From an uncultured Actinomycetota bacterium (GTDB taxonomy: Bacteria > Actinomycetota > Actinomycetes > Mycobacteriales > Nakamurellaceae): a stretch of 64,000 bases of DNA. The position numbers and the translations under genes were made by a program. The notes under the pieces were generated by a model, which worked only from the letters and a program-made list of their open reading frames with translations, did not search any database and was not told where the DNA came from. This document shows, one piece after another, positions 29,726-39,836 of this stretch; positions within the stretch are counted from its first letter, which is position 1; every line of letters starts with the position of its first letter. The stretch lies in the NCBI GenBank assembly GCA_963700115.1, contig OY969473.1, positions 2,499,446 to 2,563,445 of the forward strand, written 5' to 3'.

Positions 29726-31273
29726 TCAGCGCAGCACGCCCGCCGACCGCGCGGCGCGCAGCCAGTCCGGGAACTCCGACAGCAGCCGCCGGTACAGCTC
29801 GGCGTCGTCGATGCGGTCGATGTCGGTGACGGCGAAGAAGCCGACGTTGTCGACGACCCGGCCGGTCATCTCGTCGAGCTTGGTGAGCACGCCGAAATTG
29901 TTACGACCGATGCCGACGAACTGCCAGAACGCCGGCAGGTTCGCCGCCCGCTGCATCAGCTTGGTGATCTCGCGCTTCTTGGTGAAGCCGCCGTCGGTGA
30001 AGAACAGCACCAGGGTCGGCAGGGTCTGGCCCTCGACCGTCCGGATGATCTCGTTCATGATCGGGATCTCGTCGTTGTAACCACCGATGCGCCGGTAGTC
30101 GATACCACCGTGCACGCCGTCGATGTGGATGAACTCCGCCATCCAGCGCTCGAGATCCTCCACCCGCAGATCGGGCAGCTTGGCGAAATCGACGGCGTAC
30201 AGATAGCACTCGAGAGAGCCGTCGTCGTCGAGCTGCGTGGCGACCGGCACCATCCGCTCGACGACCCGGTGCACGATGCCGGCCTGGTACTCGTCGTACA
30301 TCGAGCCGGTCTTGTCCAGCACCAGCACGATCCGGGCACGCTCCTGCGCCGCGCCCAAGGTCTTCAGGACCTTGTGCACCTCGCGCTTGCGCAGATCCAG
30401 CTTCTGACGCTTCTCCATCGACAACCGCTGCTCGCCGGGAACCGAGCGCGGGCCGTCGGCGGTCGGAGGCGCGGTGGTCGGGGGCGCGGTGGTCGGGGGC
30501 ACGGTGACCGGCGTCGGGGCGGGCCAGCCGCTGGGCGTCGCGGGCGGTGCTCCGGCCGGGGCCGGCCATCCGCCGCCACCACCGCCGGCGACCGGCGCCT
30601 GGTAGGGCGGCGGCGACAGCGGATCGGGGGCGGGCGTGGGCCACTGGCCGGGGGCGGGCGGCACCACGCTGACGGAGGTCGGGAGCGAGCCGGCGGTGTT
30701 CCACGGGTCGTTCGGGACAGGCGGCGCCGGGGGCGCTGTTGCGGGCTGCGGGGTCGGGGCGGGTGCCGGCGCGGGGGCATCGTCGACGCTGACCCCGTGC
30801 TCGCGGGCCAATGCGGCCAGTCCCTGGGCCCAGCCGGCCGAGATGTTGCGCAGCTTCCAGGCGCCGGCCCGCCGGTAGACCTCCACCAGCACTGCGGCCC
30901 GCTCGGTGGTGAAGCCGGTGGCCGCGGCGCGCTGGTCGTCCGTCCCGGCGGTCACGGTGACGCCGAGCCCGGCGATGGCGGCCAGCGATCCGGTGACCGC
31001 GTCGTCCAGCGACACCGCGACCGCAAGGGTCTCGATCTCGGCCGGGACCTTGGTCAGGTCGACGGTGAGCCGGTCGCCGGCGGCCAGCCGGACCGCGCCC
31101 TCCGGAGAGGCCGGCTGGTTGAAGAAGATGAAATCGTCGTCGCTGCGGACCTTGCGGTCGGCTCCCAGCTGGAAGGCCATCAGGTCGACCGCGCCCTGAC
31201 GGGCCCCGGCCACGGAGATGTCGAGACTGGTCGAGTTCAGCGGTGCGTTCGCGCCCCGGGTCAGGTCAGGCAT
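29726..31273 (-). CDS. TerD domain + Pro-rich linker + vWA (TerF-type) protein
   Basis: DDFIFFNQP, EVYRRAGAWK; Pro/Ala/Thr linker; MIDAS DKTGS, FFTDGG, FWQFVGIG, DNVGFF. Confidence 0.88.
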   Translation of the reverse strand: MPDLTRGANAPLNSTSLDISVAGARQGAVDLMAFQLGADRKVRSDDDFIFFNQPASPEGAVRLAAGDRLTVDLTKVPAEIETLAVAVSLDDAVTGSLAAIAGLGVTVTAGTDDQRAAATGFTTERAAVLVEVYRRAGAWKLRNISAGWAQGLAALAREHGVSVDDAPAPAPAPTPQPATAPPAPPVPNDPWNTAGSLPTSVSVVPPAPGQWPTPAPDPLSPPPYQAPVAGGGGGGWPAPAGAPPATPSGWPAPTPVTVPPTTAPPTTAPPTADGPRSVPGEQRLSMEKRQKLDLRKREVHKVLKTLGAAQERARIVLVLDKTGSMYDEYQAGIVHRVVERMVPVATQLDDDGSLECYLYAVDFAKLPDLRVEDLERWMAEFIHIDGVHGGIDYRRIGGYNDEIPIMNEIIRTVEGQTLPTLVLFFTDGGFTKKREITKLMQRAANLPAFWQFVGIGRNNFGVLTKLDEMTGRVVDNVGFFAVTDIDRIDDAELYRRLLSEFPDWLRAARSAGVLR

Positions 31274-31508
31274 GGGACCACCATTCCAGACGGCAGGCCG
31301 ACCTGGCGGCCTGATCGGGCGAGCTTGACGGTCTGCTGTGACGTCGATTTCGTCGGCATGGCCGTGCTGCCGCGGTGCCCGCCGGCACCGCCGGGGACCT
31401 GCCGGCTGCCCCGCCGCACCCGCGTCCTCGGCGCGGCGCTGCGGGACACCACGATCCGGGGGCCCGCCGGGCCACAATGAACCCCCACCGAAGGAGAGAT
31501 CACCCCTG

Positions 31509-33461
31509 ATGCCGCACCCGCTGGATCCGCTCAGCCCCGATGAGATCCGTCGGACCACCGCCACCCTCGCCCGCGACGCCGGGGTGGGCCCGTCGTTCCG
31601 GTACGCCTCGCTGACCCTCGCCGAGCCGGCCAAGGCCGACCTGCTGGCCTGGACTCCCGGGAAGACGCTCCCCCGGCGGGCCGCCGCGGTGGTGTGGGAC
31701 CGCGCCGACAACCGGGCCCACGAGGCGCTGGTCGAGCTGACCGAGGACGCCGGCGTGGTGGTGTCGTTCGAGCACGTCCCGGGCGTCACCCCCAACTTCA
31801 CGGTCGACGAGTGGCACGAGTGCGAAACCGCGATGAAGGCCGATCCGCGGGTGGTCGCGGCGTTGGCCGAGCGCGGCGTGACCGACCTCGCTCTCGTGGT
31901 CATCGACGTCTGGACCTACGGGTTGTCGCTGATGCCGGAGCGGTACCGGGACCGCCGATTGGGCTGGGCTGACATCTGGGTCCGCACCGCGGTCGGCGCC
32001 AACCCCTACGCGGGACCGCTGTCGGGGCTCAAGCTGATCGTGGACATGAACACCATGGAGCTGCTCGAGCTGGACGTCGACCCGTTACCGGCGGCGCCGC
32101 CCGCACCGGTGATGGGCGAGTACGTGCCGGCCCTCGTCCCCGGGCAGCGGCTGCGGGCCGACCTGAAGCCGCTGGAGGTCAGCCAGCCCGAGGGGGTGTC
32201 GTTCAGCCTCGACGGCAACGAACTCCGCTGGCAGAACTGGTCGATGCGGATCGGCTTCAACGACCGCGAGGGCCTGGTGCTGCACCAGGTCGGCTGGACC
32301 GACGGGGACGTGACACGGCCGGTGGCGCACCGGATGTCGTTCGCGGAGATGATCGTCCCGTACCGGGACAGCTCGTTCGACCATTACCGCCGCACCGCTT
32401 ACGACATCGGCGAGTGGGGCCTGGGCAACATGACCACCTCGCTGACCCTGGGGTGTGACTGCCTGGGCGAGATCCGTTATCTGGATGCCGTTCTCGCCGA
32501 CAGCCGCGGCGAGCCGTCGGTCATCGAGAACGCGGTGTGCATCCACGAGGAGGACAACGCCGTCCTGTGGAAGCACGTCGACCCGTATGCCGGCGCCGAG
32601 GTCCGCCGGATGCGCCGGCTCGTGGTCTCCCTCCACGCCACGGTGGCCAACTACGAGTACCTCATCTACTGGCGCTTCCACCAGGACGGCAGCATCGAGT
32701 GTGAGGTCCGGGCCACCGGGATCATGGTGACCACCCCGCTGCGCGAGGGCGCGGCGACACCGGCCACCGGCACCCTCGTCGACCAGCGCACCTACGCACC
32801 GTTCCACCAGCACTTCCTGGTCGCCCGGCTCGACCTGGACATCGACGGCCCGACCAACGAGGTGCTCGAGATCGACTCGATGGGCGCACCGCTCGGCCCC
32901 ACCAACCCGCACGGTCTGGACCTGGTCACCACCGCGACCACCATCGCCGACGAGTCGATGGCCGGCCGGGACTACAACTGGGCGACGCAGCGCGCCTGGA
33001 AGGTACAGAACACCGAGCGCCGCAACGGCCTCGGCACCCCGACGGCCTACAAGCTGGTGCCGACCGGCTGCTTCCCGGCCATGATGGACCCCGGGGTGCC
33101 GCAGTACCTCCGGGCGCCGGTGATCGGTCACAACCTGTGGGTGACCCGCCACCACGACGACGAACGCTGGCCGGCCGGGGCCTACCCGACACAGAGCGAG
33201 GTCGACGACGGGATGACCCGGTGGACGTCCGACGCCGAGAACCTCGTCGGGACCGACGTCGTGCTCTGGTACGTCTTCGGGCTGCACCACCTGACCCGGC
33301 CCGAGGACTGGCCGGTGATGCCCGCCGACACCGTGTCGTTCTGGCTCAAGCCGTTCGGCTTCTTCGACCGCAACCCGTCACTGGACGTGGCCCCAGCACC
33401 GGGCCACGGGGCGAGCGGCGCGGCCGTCGAGGGCGGGGTGCCCGGGCCGCACTGCACCTGA
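31509..33461 (+). CDS. Copper/TPQ primary amine oxidase
   Basis: HPLDPL, AYDIGE, LGCDCLG, TVANYEY (TPQ), HQH, RPEDWPVMP. Confidence 0.95.
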   Translation: MPHPLDPLSPDEIRRTTATLARDAGVGPSFRYASLTLAEPAKADLLAWTPGKTLPRRAAAVVWDRADNRAHEALVELTEDAGVVVSFEHVPGVTPNFTVDEWHECETAMKADPRVVAALAERGVTDLALVVIDVWTYGLSLMPERYRDRRLGWADIWVRTAVGANPYAGPLSGLKLIVDMNTMELLELDVDPLPAAPPAPVMGEYVPALVPGQRLRADLKPLEVSQPEGVSFSLDGNELRWQNWSMRIGFNDREGLVLHQVGWTDGDVTRPVAHRMSFAEMIVPYRDSSFDHYRRTAYDIGEWGLGNMTTSLTLGCDCLGEIRYLDAVLADSRGEPSVIENAVCIHEEDNAVLWKHVDPYAGAEVRRMRRLVVSLHATVANYEYLIYWRFHQDGSIECEVRATGIMVTTPLREGAATPATGTLVDQRTYAPFHQHFLVARLDLDIDGPTNEVLEIDSMGAPLGPTNPHGLDLVTTATTIADESMAGRDYNWATQRAWKVQNTERRNGLGTPTAYKLVPTGCFPAMMDPGVPQYLRAPVIGHNLWVTRHHDDERWPAGAYPTQSEVDDGMTRWTSDAENLVGTDVVLWYVFGLHHLTRPEDWPVMPADTVSFWLKPFGFFDRNPSLDVAPAPGHGASGAAVEGGVPGPHCT

Positions 33462-33517
33462 CGGTCGGGTCCCGCGGGAGCACGGTTCGGGCTGAGGGCT
33501 CACCGCCGGGAGGCATT

Positions 33518-33579
33518 GCGCTGCCGAGATCCGTCAACGCGGCCGACATGACGGCCGCGAGAACGGAAGACGGCAGCGC
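33518..33579. repeat. 62-bp imperfect palindrome, REP-like, copy B
   Basis: Shares an identical 21-bp core tccgtcaacgcggccgacatg with 5471-5532; lies between convergent genes. Confidence 0.8.
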
Positions 33580-33622
33580 CGACGACGAGCACGGAGCCGA
33601 GCCCGGCGCGACGTACAGCCGG

Positions 33623-34174
33623 TCAGACGAGGCGGACCTGAGGGTCGTCGCTGACCTTCAGGGCGGCGATCTGCTCGACGCACCACGGGCTGAAGGCGAA
33701 CGGGGTGGCCTCGACGGCCGCGACCAGCCGGCTCCAGGGCACCCACGACGACTCCATCACCTCGAAGCGGTCGGGGTTGAGGTCGCGGCCGGGCTCGACG
33801 GCGGTCCCGACGAAGACAGGGCAGATCTCGTTCTCACAGACGCCGCTGGCGTCCCGGGCCTGGTACGCGAAGTCGGGCAGCACGCAGCGCAGGTCGGCGA
33901 TGGTCAGCCCGAGCTCGGTGTGGGTGCGTCGCCCGACGCCGTGCGCCGGCGGCTCGTTCAGCTTCTGATGGCCGCAGCAGCTGTTGGTCCACACCCCGGG
34001 CCAGGTGAGCTTGGACAACGCCCGGCGGGTCATCAGGACGTTGCCCGCGCCGTCGAACAGGTACACCGAGAACGCGAGGTGCAGCGGGGTGAACGCGGTG
34101 TGTACCTGCGACTTGCGTTCCTCGCCGATCGGGGTCCCGGCCTGGTCGACCAGCACCACGAGATCGTCGACCAT
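33623..34174 (-). CDS. idi: Isopentenyl-diphosphate isomerase type I
   Basis: HLAFS, WPGVWTNSCCGH, ENEICPVF, FSPW. Confidence 0.95.
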   Translation of the reverse strand: MVDDLVVLVDQAGTPIGEERKSQVHTAFTPLHLAFSVYLFDGAGNVLMTRRALSKLTWPGVWTNSCCGHQKLNEPPAHGVGRRTHTELGLTIADLRCVLPDFAYQARDASGVCENEICPVFVGTAVEPGRDLNPDRFEVMESSWVPWSRLVAAVEATPFAFSPWCVEQIAALKVSDDPQVRLV

Positions 34175-34327
34175 CGGTTCTTCCTCCACCGTCGCGCGGG
34201 CATCCCCCGCGGAGACCCGTCCCTACAGTAACGAGCCGGTCGCGACCCTCCGGACACGGCGGTATCAGCGTCGTCACACCCTCCCCTGTGGCGTCGGGCC
34301 GGCCGTCGCCACAGGTACCGTCGCAGC

Positions 34328-35821
34328 ATGAGAACCGTTCCTGGACGCACCGGCTCGGTGGTCATCGTCGGCGCCGGCCTCGGCGGCCTGTCCGCCGCCC
34401 TGCGACTCGCCGGAGCCGGCCGCACGGTCACCGTGCTGGAGCGGGAATCCGTTCCGGGCGGCCGCGCCGGTCGCCTCGACCTGGACGGCTTCCAGTTCGA
34501 CACCGGCCCCACCGTGCTGACCATGCCCGAGCTGATCGAGGACGCGCTGAACTGCGTCGGTGAGACGTTGACCGACCGGCTGGAGCTGATCAAGGTCGAC
34601 CCGGGCTACCGCGCCCGCTTCGCCGACGGGTCGGTGCTGGACGTGCACACCGACTTCGACGCGATGACCGCCGAGATCGAGAAGAACTGCAGCCCCGGTG
34701 ATGTCGACGGCTACCGACGCTTCGTCGACTACCTGACGAAGATGTACGAGCTGGAGCGCCCGACGTTCATCGACGCCAACCTCGACGGCGTCGCCGGCCT
34801 GATCGGCGCGCCGGCGGTCAAGCTGCTGGCGATGGGCGGGCTGCGCAAGCTGTCGTCGGTGGTGAACTCCTACCTGTCCGACGAGCGGCTGCGCCGCATC
34901 TTCTCGTTCCAGGCGATGTACGCCGGGCTCGCCCCGCAGGACGCGCTGGCCATCTACTCGGTCATCTCCTACATGGACTGCGTGAAGGGGGTGTTCTTCC
35001 CCAAGGGCGGCATGCACGCCCTGCCGGTCGCACTGGCCGCCGCCGCGGCCGACGCCGGCGTGCAGTTCCGTTACGACACCGAGGTGTCCCACATCGACGT
35101 GCACGCGGGCCGGGCCCGCGGCGTGGTCACCACCGACGGCGAGCGGTTCGACGCCGACGTGGTCGTGGTCAACGCCGACCTGCCGATCGCCTACCGGGAG
35201 CTGCTCGAGCCGCAGTACACGCCGAAGGCGGTCAAGCGGCTCGACTACTCGCCGTCCTGCGTGCTGCTGCACGTCGGCAGCAAGACCCGCTACGACGACC
35301 TGCTGCACCACACCATCGATTTCGGCACCGCCTGGGAGTCGACCTTCGACGAGATCATCCGCAAGGGCGAGCTGATGAGCGATCCGTCGTTCCTGGTCAG
35401 CAACCCGACCGCGACCGATCCGTCGCTGGCCCCGGACGGCAAGCAGACCTACTACGCGCTGTTCCCGTGCCCGAACACCGTCAGCGGAGCGCACCTGGAC
35501 TGGGCGGAGCTGGGCCCGCGCTACCGCGACGAGATGGTCGAGACCATGGAGAAGCGCGGCCTCCCCGGCTTCGACGCCGGCATCGAGGTCGAGCGGCTGG
35601 TCACGCCGGCCGACTGGCGCGACATGGGAATTGCGGCCGGAGCGCCGTTCTCGGCCAGCCACAGCCTGTTCCAGACCGGACCGCTGCGGCGTCCGACGCT
35701 GGACCGGTCGATCGAGAACCTCGTCTTCTGCGGCGCGAACACCCAGCCCGGGGTCGGCGTGCCGATGGTGCTGCTGTCGGGGCGGTTGGCCGCCGAGAGG
35801 ATCACCGGAGCCGTCGGTTGA
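34328..35821 (+). CDS. crtI: Phytoene desaturase
   Basis: VGAGLGGL, FDTGPTVLTMP, FQAMYAG, PGVGVPMVLLSGRLAA. Confidence 0.93.
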   Translation: MRTVPGRTGSVVIVGAGLGGLSAALRLAGAGRTVTVLERESVPGGRAGRLDLDGFQFDTGPTVLTMPELIEDALNCVGETLTDRLELIKVDPGYRARFADGSVLDVHTDFDAMTAEIEKNCSPGDVDGYRRFVDYLTKMYELERPTFIDANLDGVAGLIGAPAVKLLAMGGLRKLSSVVNSYLSDERLRRIFSFQAMYAGLAPQDALAIYSVISYMDCVKGVFFPKGGMHALPVALAAAAADAGVQFRYDTEVSHIDVHAGRARGVVTTDGERFDADVVVVNADLPIAYRELLEPQYTPKAVKRLDYSPSCVLLHVGSKTRYDDLLHHTIDFGTAWESTFDEIIRKGELMSDPSFLVSNPTATDPSLAPDGKQTYYALFPCPNTVSGAHLDWAELGPRYRDEMVETMEKRGLPGFDAGIEVERLVTPADWRDMGIAAGAPFSASHSLFQTGPLRRPTLDRSIENLVFCGANTQPGVGVPMVLLSGRLAAERITGAVG

Positions 35822-36777
35822 GCACCCGCCTGAGCCAGCGGGTCGACGCCGAGCTCGACGCCGCCGGCATCACGGATCCGTTGCTGCGCAACGACTTCCG
35901 GATCAGCCGGGATCTGGCCCAGGAGCACGGCCGGACGTACTTCCTGGCCACCCGCTTCCTGCCGCCGGAACGTCGGTCGGCGGTGCACGCGTTGTACGGC
36001 TTCGCCCGCACCGCCGACGACATCGTCGACGACCCGTCGCCGGCGGCCACCCCGGAGCTGAAAGCGGCGAAGCTGCGGGAGTTCTCGGCGAGCATGTCCG
36101 ATCCGGCGCATGCCCACCCGACGGTCCGCGCGGCCCTGCACACCGCCCAGCGGTACGACCTGGATCCGGAGCTGTTCACCGCGTTCCTGGAGTCCATGCG
36201 GATGGACCTGACGATCACCGAGTACGAGACGCACGCCGACCTGGACCGCTACGTCTGGGGCAGCGCCGCCGTCATCGGGTTGATGGTGACGCCGGTGATG
36301 GGCACCGTGACCAGCGTCGAGGAGGCGTCACCGTACGCCGCCGATCTGGGTGTCGCCTTCCAGATCAGCAACTTCATCCGGGACGTCGGTGAGGATCTGC
36401 GGCTGGGCCGCATCTACCTGCCGCTGGAGTCGTTGCGCCGGTTCGGGTTGGACCGGGCCCGCCTGCAGACCGAGGTCGTCGACGACGACGTCCGCGGCAT
36501 GCTGGCGTCCGAGATCGACCGCACCCGGGCCATCTACCGCCGGGCGGAGCCGGGCATCGCGATGCTCGCCCCCGGAGCGAGGGGATGTGTGCGGGTCGCG
36601 TACCAGCTGTACGGCGACATCATGACGGCCGTGGAGCGGGCCGACTACCAGGTCTTCGGGCCGCGGATCCGGGTGTCGCGGCGTCGCCGGGCCCAGATCG
36701 CCGGCCGGATCGTCACCGACGCGGCGCGCTCGACGCTGCGACGCGGCGGGCGCGGCGCGCCCGGGCCGACATCGTGA
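35818..36777 (+). CDS. crtB: Phytoene synthase
   Basis: TYFLATRFLP, LYGFARTADDIVD, FQISNFIRDVGED..GRIYLP; TTGA overlap with crtI. Confidence 0.93.
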   Translation: MSTRLSQRVDAELDAAGITDPLLRNDFRISRDLAQEHGRTYFLATRFLPPERRSAVHALYGFARTADDIVDDPSPAATPELKAAKLREFSASMSDPAHAHPTVRAALHTAQRYDLDPELFTAFLESMRMDLTITEYETHADLDRYVWGSAAVIGLMVTPVMGTVTSVEEASPYAADLGVAFQISNFIRDVGEDLRLGRIYLPLESLRRFGLDRARLQTEVVDDDVRGMLASEIDRTRAIYRRAEPGIAMLAPGARGCVRVAYQLYGDIMTAVERADYQVFGPRIRVSRRRRAQIAGRIVTDAARSTLRRGGRGAPGPTS

Positions 36778-36853
36778 CCGGGCCGAACCCGGAGTCGGAG
36801 CCGTGCGTGCCGGACACCCGGGCCGGCATCACGGCGAGGTGGCGAAGTCCGTC

Positions 36854-38009
36854 TCAGACGGTCCGCCGCAGCCGTAAGGATCCGGCGGGAGCCAGCGTCA
36901 GGCCGCCGCGGACCGCTCCGTCGCCGCTGACCCGGCTGAGATCGGACCCGGCGAACGCCGCGACCGCCGTCCGCAGCATCAGGGTCGCCAGGCCCGCCCC
37001 CAGGCAGGTGCGCTCACCGGCGGCGAACGGGATGTAGCCCCAGGCCGGTTTCGGTCCGTCGAAGCGTTCGGGCCGGAACGCGGTGGCGTCCGGCCAGAGG
37101 TCCGGGCTGCGGTGGGTCAGGTACGGGCTGTAGAGGACCATCCGGCCGGCGGGCACCGGCACGCCCTCGATCTCGGTGTCGGCGGTGCAGATCCGGCTGC
37201 CGATCCACCCCGAGGGATACAGCCGCAGCGTCTCCTCGACGACCTGCGGGGTGACGTCGGCAGTCGTTGAGATCGGGCCGGGCGGCGAGCTCCCACAGGG
37301 CGAAAGCCAGGCTGTGCGCGGTGGTGTCGTACGCCGCGGCGATGACCACGCGGGCCTCCTCGACGCCGCCGTCGAGGGTGGCGAAGAGCTCGGCCAGCGA
37401 ACCCTTCTCGGGCGCGGCGAAGACGGACTCCAGGGCGGTGTTCATCTTCCGGATGCGGAACGGGCGACGCAGCAACGGCCCGGGCATCGGGCTGTCCAGC
37501 GGCGCGACGTAGGACTCCAGCACACCCGGCGCGAAGGTGCTGCCGAAGAAGGCGCGGGCCAGCATCGCCAGCACCACTGTCGACGCCCAGGCGCCCGCAT
37601 CGAACTCCCCGACCGGCAGGGCCTCGCCCACGAGGTCACCGAAGTCGGTGCCGAAGGCCGTGGTGACGGCGCGGCGGTGGAACGTCGGGTTGAGCTCGGC
37701 CCGGCGTTCGCGGTGGCCCGGGTTGTCCTGGGACACCACGCCGGCCGAGAGGTAGGGCGAGAGCTGACTGAGACTGCCCTTGCTGTGGAAGGTGTCGAGG
37801 TCGCCGAGCACGGCACGGTTCCACTCCGGGGTGTACCCGACGGTGACACCCCGCCAGAGCCGGAGGTCGAACGCCGGTCCCAGCGCCGCACCCTCCTCGA
37901 GCAGCCGCAGCGGATCCGACGTCCAGCGGGGCAGGTGGCCCAGGCCGGGCACGCCGGCCGGCCGGGGCAGGCCGGGCGTACCGCCGGCGGCGGTCTCCAG
38001 GTCGTTCAC
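36854..38009 (-). CDS. Cytochrome P450, frameshifted near 37255
   Basis: I-helix AAYDTT, EETLRLYP, PERF, heme motif FAAGERTCLG. Confidence 0.9.
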
Positions 38010-39142
38010 GAGTACCGACGTCCCTTCCAGATCTGTTCCCGCCGCAGCGCCTGTCGCACCACCGGGACCGCGGCGACCGGAGCCGCCGACACCAGGGCGG
38101 CCGCCGTCCAGTCGCGGCCCCCGGTCTTGCCCTCCACCAGCAGCCGCTCCGCGATGCCCAGCGCCGCGGCCAGCCGCCAGCGCCGCGACCGGGCGAGCAG
38201 CACCGGCGCGGTGTAGGCGAGCAGGTGCCACGCGAGTCCCGCCACGACCAGCGACCGACGGCCGCCGGTCACCGGGAGCAACCCGCGGCCGAGGCCGACG
38301 ACGACCTCGGAGCCGCTCTCGTACATCCGGATCCGCACGGCGTCCCCACCGAGCGCCAACCCGAGCTGCAGGCCGAGGCGCCGGGTACGGCGGGCGATGG
38401 CGACATCCTCCACCACCTCGCCGCGGACCGACGCGAATCCACCCAGCCGACGGTACGCGGACCGCGAGAAGGCCAGCAGCGCACCCTGTGCCGACGCCGC
38501 CGACCGCGCTGCCGGGGTCGGCACCCGCAGCAACGGGAACGGCAGGAAACACAGCACCACGTCGGTGATCAGCGGGGTGAGCAACCGCTCCGCCCAGCCG
38601 CCCACGAGCTGTCGCGGGAATACGGAGAAGACGTCGGCCTGTTGCCGTTCCATCTCCGCCACCACCGCCGCGACGGCCCCGGGCGCGAACCGGACGTCGG
38701 CGTCGCAGTAGACGAGCACCTCGGCGTCGGTGGCGTCGGCCAGCTGGGCGCAGGCCCAGGTCTTGCCGGCCCACCCCGCCGGGCGCGCGGTCCCGGCCAG
38801 CACCCGGACGACGGTGTCCGCGGGTAGCGATCCGGCCTCGCGCAGGGCGGTGACGGTGCGCTCGATGAGCGCGGCCGTGTCGTCGGTCGAACCGTCGTCG
38901 AGGAAGAGGATCTCGGTCACGCCGGACTGCAGCATGCCGGACAGCGTGTCCGGCAGTCGGTGTGCCTCGTCCCGGACCGGGACCAGCAGCGCCGCCTGCG
39001 GGACCGCCCGGCCGACGGTCGGGCGACGCAGCGTGGGAAAGAGCAGCAGATTCGCCAGCAGGGTCGCGAGCTTGCCCATCAGGAAGGCCAGCACCAGGGA
39101 CGCCACCCCGCGCGAGACCATCGAGGGCGCAGGGCCTCTCAT
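38006..39142 (-). CDS. GT2 glycosyltransferase (carotenoid glycosyltransferase-like)
   Basis: VPVRDE, LDDGSTD, GWAGKTWAC, DADV, VVEDV, RMY. Confidence 0.88.
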   Translation of the reverse strand: MRGPAPSMVSRGVASLVLAFLMGKLATLLANLLLFPTLRRPTVGRAVPQAALLVPVRDEAHRLPDTLSGMLQSGVTEILFLDDGSTDDTAALIERTVTALREAGSLPADTVVRVLAGTARPAGWAGKTWACAQLADATDAEVLVYCDADVRFAPGAVAAVVAEMERQQADVFSVFPRQLVGGWAERLLTPLITDVVLCFLPFPLLRVPTPAARSAASAQGALLAFSRSAYRRLGGFASVRGEVVEDVAIARRTRRLGLQLGLALGGDAVRIRMYESGSEVVVGLGRGLLPVTGGRRSLVVAGLAWHLLAYTAPVLLARSRRWRLAAALGIAERLLVEGKTGGRDWTAAALVSAAPVAAVPVVRQALRREQIWKGRRYS

Positions 39143-39836
39143 CGGCCGGGCCGCAGCGCGCTGAACCGCTCGTGCCAGCTGCGGACCCCCGGGACGACCG
39201 GTCGGAACCCGGGCAGCGGCGCCATCGGATCGGCGGCGGCGAGTCACAGCGTCCACGCCGGCGAGCCGCACCTCCGAGCACCTGCCGCCAGGTCGTCGGC
39301 CGGCGCCAGCGGCGCCGACAGCCGCAGATAGGCCTCCGGAGCCTGCTGACCGCGCAGCACCACCCGGGTCGCCACCGCCCGCAGCTCCGCGCCGGACCGG
39401 TCCGCCAGCCAGCCGGGCACCCGGCCGGACCGGGCCGAGGGGACCGGGCGGCAGCAGCACGCCCTCCGGGAACACCACGAGCACCACGCCGTCGCGCAGC
39501 ATCTCGACGGCGGTCCGCAGCTGATCGGTGCCGACCACCCCGACCTGTTGGAACAGGCTCTGCCGCCCGACGTTGCCGGCGCTCCATCAGGACACCGACG
39601 TCACGCCGGCCGACCGCCCGTAGGGCCGCCGCGGCAGCGAAGAAGTCCCACCAGCTGTGGTGGTTGGACGCCCACACACAGCCGCGGGACGGCAGCTCGC
39701 CGTCGACCCAGACGCCACGCAGGTTCCGTCGGACCAGCTGGTCGATCCCACCGCGCAACGCCCCTTCGGCGCCGGTGTTCAACGACCCGGCGGCGAGGCC
39801 GCGCCACCGGGTCGCAGCGCGCGGCACCGGACTCAC
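39139..39836 (-). CDS. PlsC-type acyltransferase with several frameshifts
   Basis: WASNHHSWWD, VFPEG, SWHERF pieces in different frames; coupled to both neighbours. Confidence 0.78.
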
